In this document: one piece after another, positions 1 to 12,879 of the stretch
Layout: every line of letters starts with the position of its first letter
How positions within the stretch are numbered: the first letter of the stretch is position 1
Source of the DNA: Owenia fusiformis
Taxonomy: Eukaryota
Assembly: GCA_903813345.2 (NCBI GenBank)
Contig: CAIIXF020000001.1
Coordinates: 24,862,001 to 24,926,000 of the forward strand
Direction: 5' to 3'
Length of the DNA stretch: 64,000 nucleotides
The notes under the pieces: model-generated
What the model was told of the DNA's origin: nothing
Databases searched by the model: none
What the model saw: only the letters and a program-made list of their open reading frames with translations
Made by a program: the position numbers and the translations under genes

Positions 1-586
1 ATTGAGCGTCATGTGTTGTTTGAACTGTCTTGTCGCTCATAATTACATCAGCCAGTTGTCCATAATCCGGCGTTTCTCAGTCTGGCATGCTTTACTGATT
101 TTAGGAATGGTTGCAAGATTTCCCATATTATGTCCTTTTAATGGCCATTTTGTATGCCTTTTATTTCCACACCATGTTTTGATTTTGCCTTGATGCTATT
201 GTGTCATAGTGTTTTTGCTTTAAAAAAGCAAGAAATATCAACTTTTTAATTAAAGAAATGTTGGTTAATCTCTTGTTGTAAATCACATTGTTGATTATGT
301 TAACGGACCATGAGATAACATATTGTCAGGGGAAAGATATCAATAATATAAAATAAATATTATAGATATTAATTGTTTGCACTGAAGTAATGTGACTATT
401 CTAGCGAATCAGGTAGATATTTCTACGGTTTTCCGGTTTTTCCGTAATGAAAGCATTTATTTTTCGTTTCCATTAATTTGACTAGTAGGGTCGTTGATAA
501 ACACATTAAAACTGTAAAAGTATCTATTGGAAGTACTTGTTTTAACTGTCTTGTCGCCTCTCTTTTTGACTCTCAAAGTCAAATGG

Positions 587-807
587 CATAGCCGTAGCCA
601 GGGGGGGGGGGTGCGATGCATAACCAATAAAATAGAACCATGAAATAGAAGAAGAGAAAGAAGCTTCTAGCTCAATTTTGAAGGAAGTTGCATCTTTTGG
701 CCTGCTTTTGCCACGATTGCACCCCTCTCCCGAATGAAAACCGAGATTGTTTTTCTTGGCGATCGTATCCCCCCCCCCCCCCTGACTGAAAGTTGGCTAT
801 GCCCCTG
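587..807. mobile_element. Short non-autonomous DNA element (MITE), copy 1
   Basis: Imperfect inverted ends, CATAGCCGTAGCCAG(G)n ... (C)nTGACTGAAAGTTGGCTATGCCCCTG. The interior (GAAGCTTCTAGCTCAATTT..GAAGTTGCATCT) is shared with the copy at 4507-4791. Confidence 0.7.
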
Positions 808-3800
808 AACATGGATAATAGGGGCACTATTACCATGCGTACAGAGTCTAGTTATAAACTATAAGAAGACGAAACTCTCTTTTTCATACACATGCCTGCA
901 TAACAATCGGAGACAGAAGTTTTAACATTGTCCAACAAAAATAATAAGAATCTAACATTTAATGATAACAAAAGGATTAATTGCTATATAGTCTTTGTTT
1001 TTTAACTGCAGACGTATACCAACATCAACTTGATTACAGAAAAGATTATCTAACAGTCTAGAATTGCTCCTGGGTTTTAATTACAGTTTATGAATAGAGT
1101 TATTTTTGCCTCTATTCTCATTTTTAAACCGGTCTCTGTTTGCTTATCCATTATTTGTGATAAATTATTTCAGTTAGAGTCGAAATCAAACACCAAATAA
1201 ACCGGATTAAAATAAGCCAGTCTGATTGCGAATTTGCAAATCCTGTAAAAGTAACTTAAAGCCGCCTTTTAATTAGAGAAAACAATAAGCTTATCCATCT
1301 GATTAAGAAGAAATCAATGCTATTTGATTCGTGCATTATCTTCAAGCAAGCCAGTAAGACAATCAACGATCTGGCGTTTTGTTTAATCCCCGCCAGTTTA
1401 AATTCAATATTGACCAATGCATGACTTAATATTTTCATTCTACAAACATTGCAGTGTTTTAATGATTGTATAAACCACATTGTTACCATCCCCGATGCAC
1501 CATCAGGCCTGTCTCTCAACCCAAAGTTGTATATCTGTAATTTGGGGGGGGGGGGGGGGCGACGTTCATGTAGAAATATACAATAATTATGTCCGTGTAA
1601 AAGCTAAAATTATAAAAAATCTAATTTCAAAGTCATTCTATTCATGGAAGCGTCAAGTTATGAAAAACAATGCTAAACACTAAAATAAACAAATCGACTA
1701 GATTACTTTTGAAAACTTCCTGAGAGGAAATGGACAAATGTATTTTCCTAACTCATTAGAACGTCTGTCTGATTGAAATACTATTTTTCTAAATACAATA
1801 TAAATGAATAAATCTTGGTTGCAAAATAATGCTGAGCCTAATAAAAAATTCAAATACTTTCTTTTGCAAATTCCTGAAGAAACTAAAGGATTACAGGTTT
1901 GGTTAGAATAAACTGCTTAAATTGTACATTTTAAAACTATTAGTGTGATTTGAAACCCGGGATTTGAAACAAGTTTGTATTGAAGGTCTGTTACAGAGGG
2001 GGCATACAATGTCCCATTTACTCACCCCTCATCTCCCATACCCGATCTTATTTATGTCTCCAGTTTGTTTCTTGTATATTAATATTTGAAATCAAGTCAT
2101 TAAGAATGCCAGGGGCCAGTTTGGGGGTTTGATTCTAGTTATTTTCCTTTAGTCATAGTCTGACTTATTTGAAAATATGGAAATTCGGAAGATACCAATT
2201 ACCTATTTCAAATGGCAACATAGTGAAATTTTAGCACAAGAGCACGAATCAATAGTTTAAAGCAAAAGCATTTGAATATTGTAATTTAAAGCGTTTAAAC
2301 TTTCATGAGATTATACTTTTGGTTCCAATGATTTGACATCTTTGATCACCTGCAGTTAAGTATCTAGAAAAACATTGCTACTGTAATTAACTGTTAGACG
2401 CAGACGATCTTTTTTCCTTCACACAATATACATGTACATATTCACAAAAGGCATTCCCAACTAAATCACACGAATTGGTGTGATTGTGTAATTGATGTGT
2501 TATAATCTCTTTTTTATTGAATAAACCTTAAACTTTTCTTCAAACTTAACTTATTGCCCTTGGTATATAACCAATATCCCCCGGAACCCCTCTCAATAAA
2601 TACCCTGTATGATTAAATCGAGTTACAAGCCCTCCTGACAGTTGTTAAAGTGGATTGTACAGGGTCTTGAATAACTAGTATGATTTACATGTAAAACAAA
2701 ATGGTATTCGCGCATTTGTTGGTGAATGCTCAAGATTTGCTGCACAATCATTCCCCGATTCAACAGTGGTGCAAAAAGGCGTCCTTTGATCATTTGTTTA
2801 ATCTTAAGTTCATGTAATGAGGATTAGAAAAATAATGAAGTCTTAAATAATAATCTCTGCTGAAAATGATACCCTTATACTTGCAAAATCAAACCCTGAC
2901 TCGACATATTTCTAGTGATGCAATGAACGACCTGCGATTTTTAACAAACGCCAAATCCCGACGGCCGAACGTTAACTCTTAATGCTGAATATTAACACAT
3001 TAAAAAGTGACAAGAAACAAAAGGATTGTCTTCAAAATGCCAAACAGCCCCTGGAAACAGTCACATGTTTATTTCTATGCTACCGTATATCGATGGAAAA
3101 TATGTTAAAACTAACTGTAAACAATATCAAGTTGGTCTATTTTTAAAATTAATAATCTTGCATATAAGTGGCTTTATCAGATCAATGATCAATCACTTAT
3201 TCCATTTTAATCCTACAGGTCGGGAGGGAGCTGTGGGGGGTTACATATAATGAAATTTCTACATGCAAGATCATTTTCACATGTGCAGATACATGTATGA
3301 TTAATAAAGTCGATGCCATGAGATTTGTGATTGGGTTTTATCGAAAAGAATATCACCAAAATATTTTATCATCGTGTAGAAAGTCCAATCTAAAATCTGG
3401 TAAATGTGTTGCATTTTAATTGAAGCAATAACACTGTAATTAATACCACTGTAAAACTATATTGCAAATGTTTGATATGAAATTCGATTGTCAGGAGTAC
3501 GAAATACACATCAATACTTTTACATAATATCCAGTGTATTATAATAAGATGTTATGACAAAGTCAATTGAAAAACTTCAGTTTCAGTAAAACTAGTTGTA
3601 AAACTCCCTAAATCTGTTAAAGGGAAGCCCCGGGGGAAGCCTTCATTCAAGCACTGACGTTTAAGTTTATGTTTAAGAGGAAGAATTCAGTATCCCGTGT
3701 GTTCACTACCCCCCTCCCATCCCAAATTATTTAACTTCATGTATGCTCCAATGTGTTTCATTTCTGTGATTGATAAATGTAATCAATATGATAGCTCTAT

Positions 3801-4204
3801 ATTACTCAATTCTTAAGTCGCCACGAGGCGTTACTTAAAAGTGCCTCTTCGAATCTCAGCCTGAAAAACAATTCCTAGCCGATCTCCTGTAATCAAGTTA
3901 AACATTCCCAGTTATGAAAACAATGAAATTGATATCACTGATTGATTGGACAAGTATTAGAAATTTGTCTCCAATTGTAATACATACAGATGTATCGTAT
4001 TTTGAAATCCTGGGGATATGCATTAAGTGAAGCAAATCTGAAAAGTTTCATCTTAAACATAACCAAAATTAAGCACAGAGCTACATTTTGCACTTTGGAA
4101 CTTTCAACGTGTATCTAGTTTTTTGAAGCTCCGGCCACCGTATGCCCCCCGTAGAGAAAATGTGCGCAAGGTTTAATTTTAATCTTATTGAATTATGTTA
4201 ATTA

Positions 4205-4478
4205 GTTGCTTGGATGGTAGATTGTTTGTTTGCTTGCTTATCTGCACGATTGATTGCTTGATTGACCGTTTACTTGCTTACATTCTTTCTTTGTTGCTTA
4301 GTTGCTTCCTTGGTTTCTTTGCTGGATTAGAGTTTGATTAGTTACTTGATTGGTTGGTTTGTCGGTTGTTTGCTTGCTTTATTTGTAAGTTGCATGTTTT
4401 TTTTACTTGCTTAGTTTCCTGCTTGCTTTGATGGTCGTTTGCTTGCTTGCTTGGTTGCTTGCGTGGTTGGTTGCTAGG
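4205..4478. repeat. Degenerate tetranucleotide microsatellite (TTGC/TTGG/TTGA)n
   Basis: Runs such as ttgcttgcttggttgcttgc and ttgattggttggtttg. Confidence 0.75.
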
Positions 4479-4506
4479 TTATTTATTTGAAACTTGTCTA
4501 AATATC

Positions 4507-4791
4507 CATAGGCTTAGCCAGGGGGGGGGTTGCGAATAAGAATAAGACCCTGAGAAAGAGGAGAAAAAGAACTTTAAAGCTTTTTATTTGAAGCTTCTAG
4601 CTCAATTTGGAATGAAGTTGCATCTAATTTTGTAAAATTCAATATAAAAATCATTTTTTGGCTGGTTTATGTCACGATCGCACCCCCCGATTATGTCACA
4701 ATCGCACCCCCCCCCCCCCCCGACTGAAACCCGAAATCTTTTTGGCGATCGCACCCCCCCCCCCCCTGACTGAAAGCTGCCTACGCCCCTG
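4507..4791. mobile_element. MITE, copy 2 (same family as 587-807)
   Basis: CATAGGCTTAGCCAG(G)n ... (C)nTGACTGAAAGCTGCCTACGCCCCTG, with an internal duplication of TTATGTCAC.ATCGCACCCCCC. ATATC lies on both sides (4502-4506 and 4792-4796) and may be a TSD. Confidence 0.7.
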
Positions 4792-7284
4792 ATATCTGTT
4801 ATTGGCCATAAATAAAACTATATTTATATTGTGAGCATTTATGGGTTTTGATAATAATTGGCTTTATACAGTGTACATGTATAATTAATCAAATGTCATA
4901 TTGTATCATGTTGGCTAAATCGTTTCAAGTGAAATATTTAGAACTGAAATCGGGGTTCGCTTAGTTTGAGTCAGGGAACAATCACACAGACGGATTAATT
5001 AATATTTGTTTTGATACATGAGTATAATAGGTTATAGGCAGTATCATGAGAACCAAGTAAACGTGTAAAGGATTATTTTTTGTTTATTCGGAATTGAGTG
5101 AACCATCTGTAGTTTTAATTAAGGATCAATAAATACATCTAATCAAGATCAAATATTAGAAATCTATTTTTGACTGGATAAATTTTTGTTCGAATGTCAA
5201 ACAGAACCTTCACGTTCTTTATTCATTTGGAACTTTGGTTTGAATTATTTCAATCAAATGTGTGTTGATACCCCGGGCCAATGCCATTAATTGACATAAT
5301 GTTGCAATACATCGCACGCTCGGTCTTAACTGTGTTCATCGACGGGAGCCGAGTGAACGAAGATGGTTGCAATAGGGGGGGGGGGGGCATTATTGTCTTT
5401 ATTACAAATTACTTTTACACATTATCACATACATAGTAAACGCGACCGATCGGGGAAGGGATTGGGGTTGTGCACAATTTGCTATCTCTTTATACATGTT
5501 TTATTGCCAAATTAATATGAAAACAAGCTGGAGTAACATAAATATTTATTTAGTATTTTGTTACCACACATCAAAAGGCGCATTTGAAGTTCAGAAAATG
5601 CAAGAAGACTTGGCTAGATATTATGTACTTATATATTTATACGTTACGTATTTATTTTGTATTCAATTCCAATTCTCGCACTCCTTGAACCACCCCCACC
5701 CCTTGGCTACGGGTATAAGTACATTCGGCACACGGAGAGAATAATATTAGACTTCTGCAATGCAACTAATAAGAGAGACCTAAAATGAAAATAATGTAAC
5801 AAGTGCTCTACTTTGGTGATAAAAATAACTGTTCCTGTAAAAATATACAATTGTAGTCCATCACAAAGTTCATTTATTTCATGAACGCGTCAAGGGACAA
5901 TGCATCTAAACACTAAGATAAACAATTAATTAACTTCTGAAGAAACATCCTGTAGTGGAAAAAAACAAATGGCCTTTCATAACGGATTAGAATAGCCAGT
6001 CTGTCTGATTGTATAATATATAAGATACATTTTAAATTCCTTGGGAAATGAAAAATAGTTTTTTCTGGCTGTTTAATGAAAACATAAAAATAAAAAGATG
6101 AAAATTTCCCATTCATTAACATCTACATACCCCTAGTGGTATGGGCCGTGTGATTGCTACAAATGGACATGCATAATAGATGATGTATTTGAAAGGTGGC
6201 TTTGCCTCGATGTATTGGTTAATGAATGATATTATAAACTTTATTGATCGTGAATTCACCTTTCCAAATTCAAATCCCAAATAAATAAAGCACACAATTC
6301 AAGCGTGACACAAAAAGAGCAAAACTGAAAACCCTTTAACCTATAGTGCCCGACATTATGTTAATAAATAATTTCTACATGTTGAAATATATTGCTATTT
6401 GATTGAGTTCAAGACAAAAATTTTTGGAATTGTTTCACATAATGTAATATTCCTCGGATTTGGTGCATACAGATGTTTTACAATCAGAGACAAGGGTCTT
6501 ATACGGGGTATTATATTTGGCAAACCAATCAATAAGTAGTATTAAATTATCACAAGGTAAATAACTTAATCCCTTTTAAAATTGCGGTTAAGTAGCATCT
6601 TAATTACAGTAAAGAAAGATCATCTAGGAATTATTTCTGCCTCTCATTCCTTAAACCGGCTTCGTTAAACAGTGTCAAGATATTTAAGTCAGAGCCAAAA
6701 ACAAGACTATTTTTATATTTAAATCCCCTCACCTTGTCAATGTTTATGTCTGCATCTGGTTTTTCCTACCTTTTGGAGGGAGCCAATATACACATAGATT
6801 AATTACTGGCCATGGACAGGGGGCACAGAAACGAACATTCTGGGATCATTAGGGATAATTGGGGAAGGGGGATGGGTGGTGTTGAATAGAAAAGTCCGGG
6901 AGTGAAGTTAAGGGGTCCTGAAATCTTTCTTTTGATATTCAGTGCTTGAATGGAGACTTGTTTCCACTCCCCGCACTCTAGTAGAATTTAAATATTTGAT
7001 CCAAAGGAGTTATTTTTAATCAAAAATCAAAAATGATTAAATGCTTGCTGCATGCAAACATACTACACTTAAATTGAAATGCTTTACTTAGTTAATTAAC
7101 GCAGCAGTCACATGACACACGGATAAGACGTACCTGGGCAGAGGATACGCAATATTTATCTCTCAATAGGTATGATAAGTGTGAACTTTTTATTCCTGAG
7201 AATTAGTAGTTAGTAGTGCTTATTACTTATGGATAAGACATTAAGTATTCTTTCTTAGTAGTGCTTAGAAAATAGTGTTTCACG

Positions 7285-9765
7285 TTGTGTGTAGAGAACA
7301 ATGGCTGGACTCCAGAGGAGAAAAGGCAATATTTGGCTACTAATCTTCGTGGAGACGCCCAACAATTGGTGCTAGAACTGGAAGAGCGCTATTCCTATGA
7401 GGACTTAATAGAGGCCCTAGAAAAGAGATTTGGACCAGGGGGGAAAGCCGACGTGTTTGAAGCTGAGTTGTGCAGCCGCACACGAAAGCCCAAGGAGTCC
7501 CTTCAGAGTTTGGGCCAGAATATCCAGCGTTTAGCTTCGTTAGCCTATCCTGAGATGAGCAGGATGGCTCAAGATAGACTTGCCAGAAGGAGCTTTGAGC
7601 AAGCCATACCAGATGATGATTTGCGACAAGCCATTCACAGGAAGGATCCAGAAACACTTGATAAGGCCATTGAGGTAGCTCTCAAAGAGGAAAGCTACCA
7701 AGAATCGGAAAGAATCAGGAGAGGCCTAAAATCTAAGAGGGATCATAAAATTGTGCAAGTTGATGAGGAAGATGATATAAGTACTAAATTGCAGCAAATA
7801 CTAAAACCAGTGGAGCAGTTACTCGAAAAGACACTGGGAAAGATGAGTAAGGATATAGCCGATATCGCTAACAGAGGACCTTCTAAACGTACATTCAGTT
7901 GTAAAAAGTGCGGAGAGGAGGGACATAGAGTAAGATGGTGTCCAACAATTACCTGTTATAATTGCGACAAACCTGGGCATTTGTCATTTGACTGTCCATT
8001 ACCTGAGAAGCCAAAAAGAGAGAAAGATCAGTCCAGGACAGTAACCACCAATTCTGTGACTCCTGTGAGGTTTATGGCAGATCGTTATGAGGAGATAACT
8101 ACAGGGAATAGAGAGGAACTGGTGCGGAAGAAAGTAGCAGATGTGGATATCTGTGGCACTGGGATGGAATTCCTTGTTGATTCAGGGGCTGTTAGCACTA
8201 TGATAGGCTGGGGTTGCTACAATCGTATTCCAAAAGAGCATCGCCCTCCTCTGAGACCCTTAGATCGACTCTTCACCCAGGCAGATGGATCCCATTTAGC
8301 TATGTTTGGGATGATATCATGTGACATTGAACTAGATGGTAAAGTGATGCCCATGAATATAGCATTAGCAGATATTACCCCTGATGGTATCCTTGGGTCA
8401 GAGTATTTATCTGCAAGCGGAGCCATTATCGATTATCCTAATTTGAGAATTTACTACAGGGATCAGGAACAAAAGGCAGAAGAGATAATGCTGTGTTCCT
8501 CCTGCCACTCACAGAGGAGTAAACTTGAGATAGATAAGTACAACATAAGGGGAGATTCATATAAGACCAAAAAGACGACGTTCGATAGGAATGTGGATGC
8601 TGATGACACAGAAATGATGGAGTTTCCTGATAGCGAGGATGCTGAAAAATCCTGTCCAGAACCAGGAAAAGATACCTCTATGCTGGAATCAGGAGAGAGT
8701 GAAGAAGAAACCACTGAGAGACAGTATGATATACTTGATACAAATAGTGACAGTATGAGCAAAGGGAACAAAGGAGGACCAGTTTATGGAGAAGAGACGA
8801 TGAGTCATTTAACTAAGGTCAAAGATTTGTTCCAGAGTAAGAGGGTTGAGTCTGGTTTGACTGATGGAATCCAAAAGAATAAACCAGAAGTTCTTAGAAA
8901 TCTAGATTTGAAGAGTAAAGGGGCGAGTCTTACTCGTAGGTATTGCCAGGAGAGCGGAATGAGAACCCAAAGTGTGAACAGCAAGGGAACACTGAGAAAG
9001 TCAAAACAAGTCGGCAAGAACCCTACATTGGTGGAGTATGAGATGAAGAGGTCAACTCCCAATAACCAGAATCTTGGGAGTAGAAAGGACAACTGTACTG
9101 GGAGGGATAGCTTAGTACATAGTAAATCTACTAGGAGCAATGGACCATCACTGAGCCAGAGAGAACAGTCTTCTCTGAAGAGTGCACTTACAGGGAGTAC
9201 TCATGAAACTCTCACTTGGGATAATACTCAAGAGAGTAGATTAAAGAGGCCCAATAGAGACAAGGTCCACGAGCACAAGGTGGTAGCTCACAGGAATTTA
9301 AAGGAGAGGAAGATATGGCCACTTGAGAAAGACTCTGGTGGACAGGAGAGCAAACTAAAGGAGTTGACTATGAATCAGCCATTCATCAAGAGCAAGGCTA
9401 AGAAGTTTAATCAGAGGAATGATCAACTGAAGAATAGAGTTCCCTGTAGAAAGGAGTTACCATTGATGGAGGAAGCAAATATTGTTCCAGTGGAACGACC
9501 ATTGGTAGGAGGTATCAATGAGCCTGTACCAAGAGAAGATACGCAAAGGAGTAATATAGAGACTCCAATGCCAATAAGATACCATTTAAGGAGTAGAAGG
9601 GTAGAATCCACTCAGACAAACGGAATGTCTGGGAGAAGAGGAGGTTCCCAAAGGAGTGGAAGAGCAGAGCCTACTCGGAGAAGCAAGGTGTTTGAGAACA
9701 CATTAGTGGAGCCTATAGTAGAGAAAGAGCATGTTTCTCAAGAGACAGTTGAGATTTGGATTTAA
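7285..9765 (+). CDS. gag: Ty3/Gypsy-type Gag plus aspartic protease ORF (826 aa, 5'-truncated, no RT/RNase H/integrase)
   Basis: Capsid-like motif NNGWTPEEKRQYLATNLRGDA...LEKRFG; two CCHC knuckles (CKKCGEEGHRVRWC, CYNCDKPGHLSFDC); retropepsin motifs FLVDSGA and GILGSEYL. The C-terminal ~420 aa are charged and low-complexity with no YxDD. There is no ATG at the start, and an in-frame stop lies at 7273-7275. Confidence 0.9.
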   Translation: MCVENNGWTPEEKRQYLATNLRGDAQQLVLELEERYSYEDLIEALEKRFGPGGKADVFEAELCSRTRKPKESLQSLGQNIQRLASLAYPEMSRMAQDRLARRSFEQAIPDDDLRQAIHRKDPETLDKAIEVALKEESYQESERIRRGLKSKRDHKIVQVDEEDDISTKLQQILKPVEQLLEKTLGKMSKDIADIANRGPSKRTFSCKKCGEEGHRVRWCPTITCYNCDKPGHLSFDCPLPEKPKREKDQSRTVTTNSVTPVRFMADRYEEITTGNREELVRKKVADVDICGTGMEFLVDSGAVSTMIGWGCYNRIPKEHRPPLRPLDRLFTQADGSHLAMFGMISCDIELDGKVMPMNIALADITPDGILGSEYLSASGAIIDYPNLRIYYRDQEQKAEEIMLCSSCHSQRSKLEIDKYNIRGDSYKTKKTTFDRNVDADDTEMMEFPDSEDAEKSCPEPGKDTSMLESGESEEETTERQYDILDTNSDSMSKGNKGGPVYGEETMSHLTKVKDLFQSKRVESGLTDGIQKNKPEVLRNLDLKSKGASLTRRYCQESGMRTQSVNSKGTLRKSKQVGKNPTLVEYEMKRSTPNNQNLGSRKDNCTGRDSLVHSKSTRSNGPSLSQREQSSLKSALTGSTHETLTWDNTQESRLKRPNRDKVHEHKVVAHRNLKERKIWPLEKDSGGQESKLKELTMNQPFIKSKAKKFNQRNDQLKNRVPCRKELPLMEEANIVPVERPLVGGINEPVPREDTQRSNIETPMPIRYHLRSRRVESTQTNGMSGRRGGSQRSGRAEPTRRSKVFENTLVEPIVEKEHVSQETVEIWI

Positions 9766-9927
9766 TGGAAAGAGATGGGAGCTAAGGATGAGTAATTGGA
9801 ACATTATAGACTGTAAGATGTTTAATGTTCGTATATGGTATTTTCATAGTTGATTGAACTTTAGATTAAGATAGTTGTTTACTTGTTACTCGAGTTAAAG
9901 AGTAGCAATGCGAGGGCGCATTGATTT

Positions 9928-9940
9928 AAGATGGGGGGTG
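9928..9940 (+). other. Polypurine tract of the LTR retrotransposon
   Basis: AAGATGGGGGGTG directly before TGTGG, preceded by CGAGGGCGCATTGATTT, an arrangement typical of Gypsy 3' ends. Confidence 0.7.
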
Positions 9941-11890
9941 TGTGGGAAATTTAGGAATTCCCCACTTTGTGTTATTTTAATTAAATTGTAATAATCTTTA
10001 ATAAATTTAGAAGTTAATTGTTACATGTCATTAACAATATAAGAGAGACTCTCCCGGGAGTTACTAATTACACTGGACCGAAAGGTAAAGGGTATTTCCC
10101 CTAAAATTGGTCATGTGGGATCCCTGATTTACAATAGTTGAACCTGGGGCTTGAAGAAGAAGAAGCGTGAGGAAGATGGCGGCCATTTAGCTTTGGATTG
10201 ATGCTGAAACTTGTGGAGATATCGTAGGAGATAAGTGTAATCTATCATTAAGGATAGTGACATTTATTCGAGAAGTATTTTGTGCTGTTGTTGAGGCAGT
10301 TTAATCTACACGGAAGTAGGTTTATTGGACGTTTTGGAGAGGGAAGAGCGGGAGAGAATTAGGGCCATGTGTGGTGTGACTACCTGTTGATGACCCGAAG
10401 TTTGGAGTAAGGTATCTAGAAGCAGGAAGACGCATGTGGTAAGGTAACCTTTTTCTATGGCTCGTATTCCATAGCTTCAAATGATGTTGAGGATGATGAT
10501 GTGCTGATCATCTATTATTTTTGAGAAGCAGTGAATTATTTATAAGACTTTATTAAAGGTGCATTTATGTGCGTTTAACTTTGTATTTCCAAGCTAAATA
10601 TTTCCATCTGGCTGCCAGTGTTGTCTTCCAAGTGTTTGATATCTAAGCCTGTGAATTTGATTCTCAGTTGCGGCATCTAAAAGTGAGCTGGAGGTAATTG
10701 GTACTTCCCGCGGAACTACCAGAGAGTGACTGGGAATCAGTGTTGTTTATTGTTGATCAGAACCTGATTTATACAGTATTTTTATGCTTACATCAGTTTG
10801 AGATCGAGAATAACCTTTTCATAATTGTGCTTTTGGTATTTTCCTACTTTTGCTAATACAAGGGGAATCCATATCTCTGTAACAAATTAATTCATTATCA
10901 TTTAGCTTGTCTGAACAAATACTCCTTACTTTACTTTCCCAACGTTTCTTTAGTTAACTTTGCATAGTTTTGCTAGCTGTGGAGTAAATTGATCTTTTGC
11001 CTTTGCTCCTCATGTGGATTATCAGGGAGTAATATAGATTGTTCATTTCTCATTAGAATTACTCATCTCCAGCATTGTTTCACTCTTATTGTAAGAGCTA
11101 ATTTATTCAGGTTTACTCATTGGCCTTACAGAATCTACCAGTGAGCTGAGAGTAATTATTACTCTCCGCGGAACTAACAGAGAGTAAGCCAGGAGTAATC
11201 TGAGAGTTGAAAGAGTAATTTGAAGAGCAATTGGGAGTAACTTGTGAGTAGAGTGAGCCCGGAGTAATCTTGGAGCAGAAGGAGTAAGGAGTGATCGTAG
11301 GAGTAATTGTGGAGTAACCTGATCCTTAGAGCAATTAAGGAGTTACCGGAGGTTAGGAGTAATTGAGAGAGTAATCAAGGAGTAAATTGAGAGTAATCAT
11401 ATTAGCAGAGGAGGAGCAACTTGAGGAAACCAAGAGTAAATTGAAGTAAGCTGAAGAATAGCCAGGAGTATTATAAATTTTGATGTGAGGAGTAACCAGA
11501 GCAACGACCCTAGAAGAGACGAAGCAGCAGAGTGAATATAATTTTCAGGACATTGAGAGTAGTATTTCTTTATGAACAATTCAGTGATGATAGACATTTG
11601 AGTTTTATTTTATCAGAGCATTTGAGTAATAATAAGGACTTTGAGATTACTCTTTGAGTATATGAGAATAAATAAAGACAGTAGACATACATTATTTGAG
11701 TAGATTGCTATTTTATTGTAATTTTTATTGTAATTGTACAAATATATGTGTTTTTGTTGCCATTAATTCTTGTCGTGTATGTTCTCTTAAGCCGCAGTAC
11801 CACCAAACCAGGTCTGCGCCCACGTAGATAATCTGTGAGAATCCCATAATAAAATATTTGTCAGTGACTTGACCTCTCCACACTACCACA
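9941..11890 (+). mobile_element. Putative 3' LTR (~1.95 kb)
   Basis: Begins TGTGG right after the PPT and ends CCACA (inverted termini). AATAAA motifs occur in the 3' part, with internal GAGTAA-rich repeats. The right boundary is inferred, and there is no second LTR in the window to confirm it. Confidence 0.55.
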
Positions 11891-12879
11891 TTTTGGCCAG
11901 GTCCGACAATAGCTTTTCTGGAGTCTAAAGAGTTTTTTCCGTGGTCTAATTTTACATTTTGACACATTATTTGTGGGAAAGCTCTTGAACAATATATAAA
12001 ACCGGATACAAACAAGGAATAGGTAGGCAGAAACGTTTTAAAAATGTATATTGTGTTTAAAACAGAAAGATTATCTTACGTAATATTTTGAAATTTAGTA
12101 TACTAATAGGAAATCTCTGATCACACATGGGAGAGGAGTAGTCGCGATACCACGAAAAATCCGGGATCTAAACATTTCCTGGTGAGAATCCTGACTATGT
12201 TATGATACAAAACAAAATCGACCACTCAGTTCCACTTATTTTTTCACAGAAGTTGGAATATTTACCCTGCCTAATTTTTAAGGGTTGTCAGCAGGCATAT
12301 TTGAAATCAGAATATAACTTATTTGACATTTGCGTATGTCACACCATTTAATGCCGAAGAGATACCTGTATTTCCACAAAAGGTAATTCTTAAATTGTGC
12401 CTTAGGTTATCGTCATACATAAAATAAATTAACCCTTTGATCCACCATGTAGTTATCTTTGCAACACTTATGAACTCTTCAATAAAAATCGCCAGTTACA
12501 AAAATCTTGAGTTTTGAGAAATATTATCATTGTAGAAGACAATTAAATTTGGGAATAATAGTAACTGGTCACTAGTAAAGAATTATGTCTTTATGATTCT
12601 AGAAAAGTTTAAGACTACCACAATGTGTCACCACTTCTGGTGGTGTCATAATAATCCTCTGTTCTTGTACTAGTACGGTGTTCTTTGGCAAACAGAGCAG
12701 ATGTGACCACAATTGTTGTAGTTCTTCAATAACATGACTTTATTTAACTATTCCATTTAATGATCATTGGTGTAGTTACTGTGAGAGATTCAACCGAGGA
12801 GACACAACTCATGTCATGACACATATTTTAAAAGGAAAGCAGGTTATGCCTATATATTTTAACTGTACTAACTGTATAG

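Noticed and set aside
2-6122. Short ORFs of 60-90 aa in the AT-rich first 6 kb, and similar ones elsewhere
   Set aside because: No recognisable motifs, often non-ATG starts, and several overlap inverted-repeat elements.
11891-11910. TGGCCAGGTCCGA after the LTR as a primer-binding site
   Set aside because: I could not match it to a tRNA 3' end, and no internal retroelement sequence follows.
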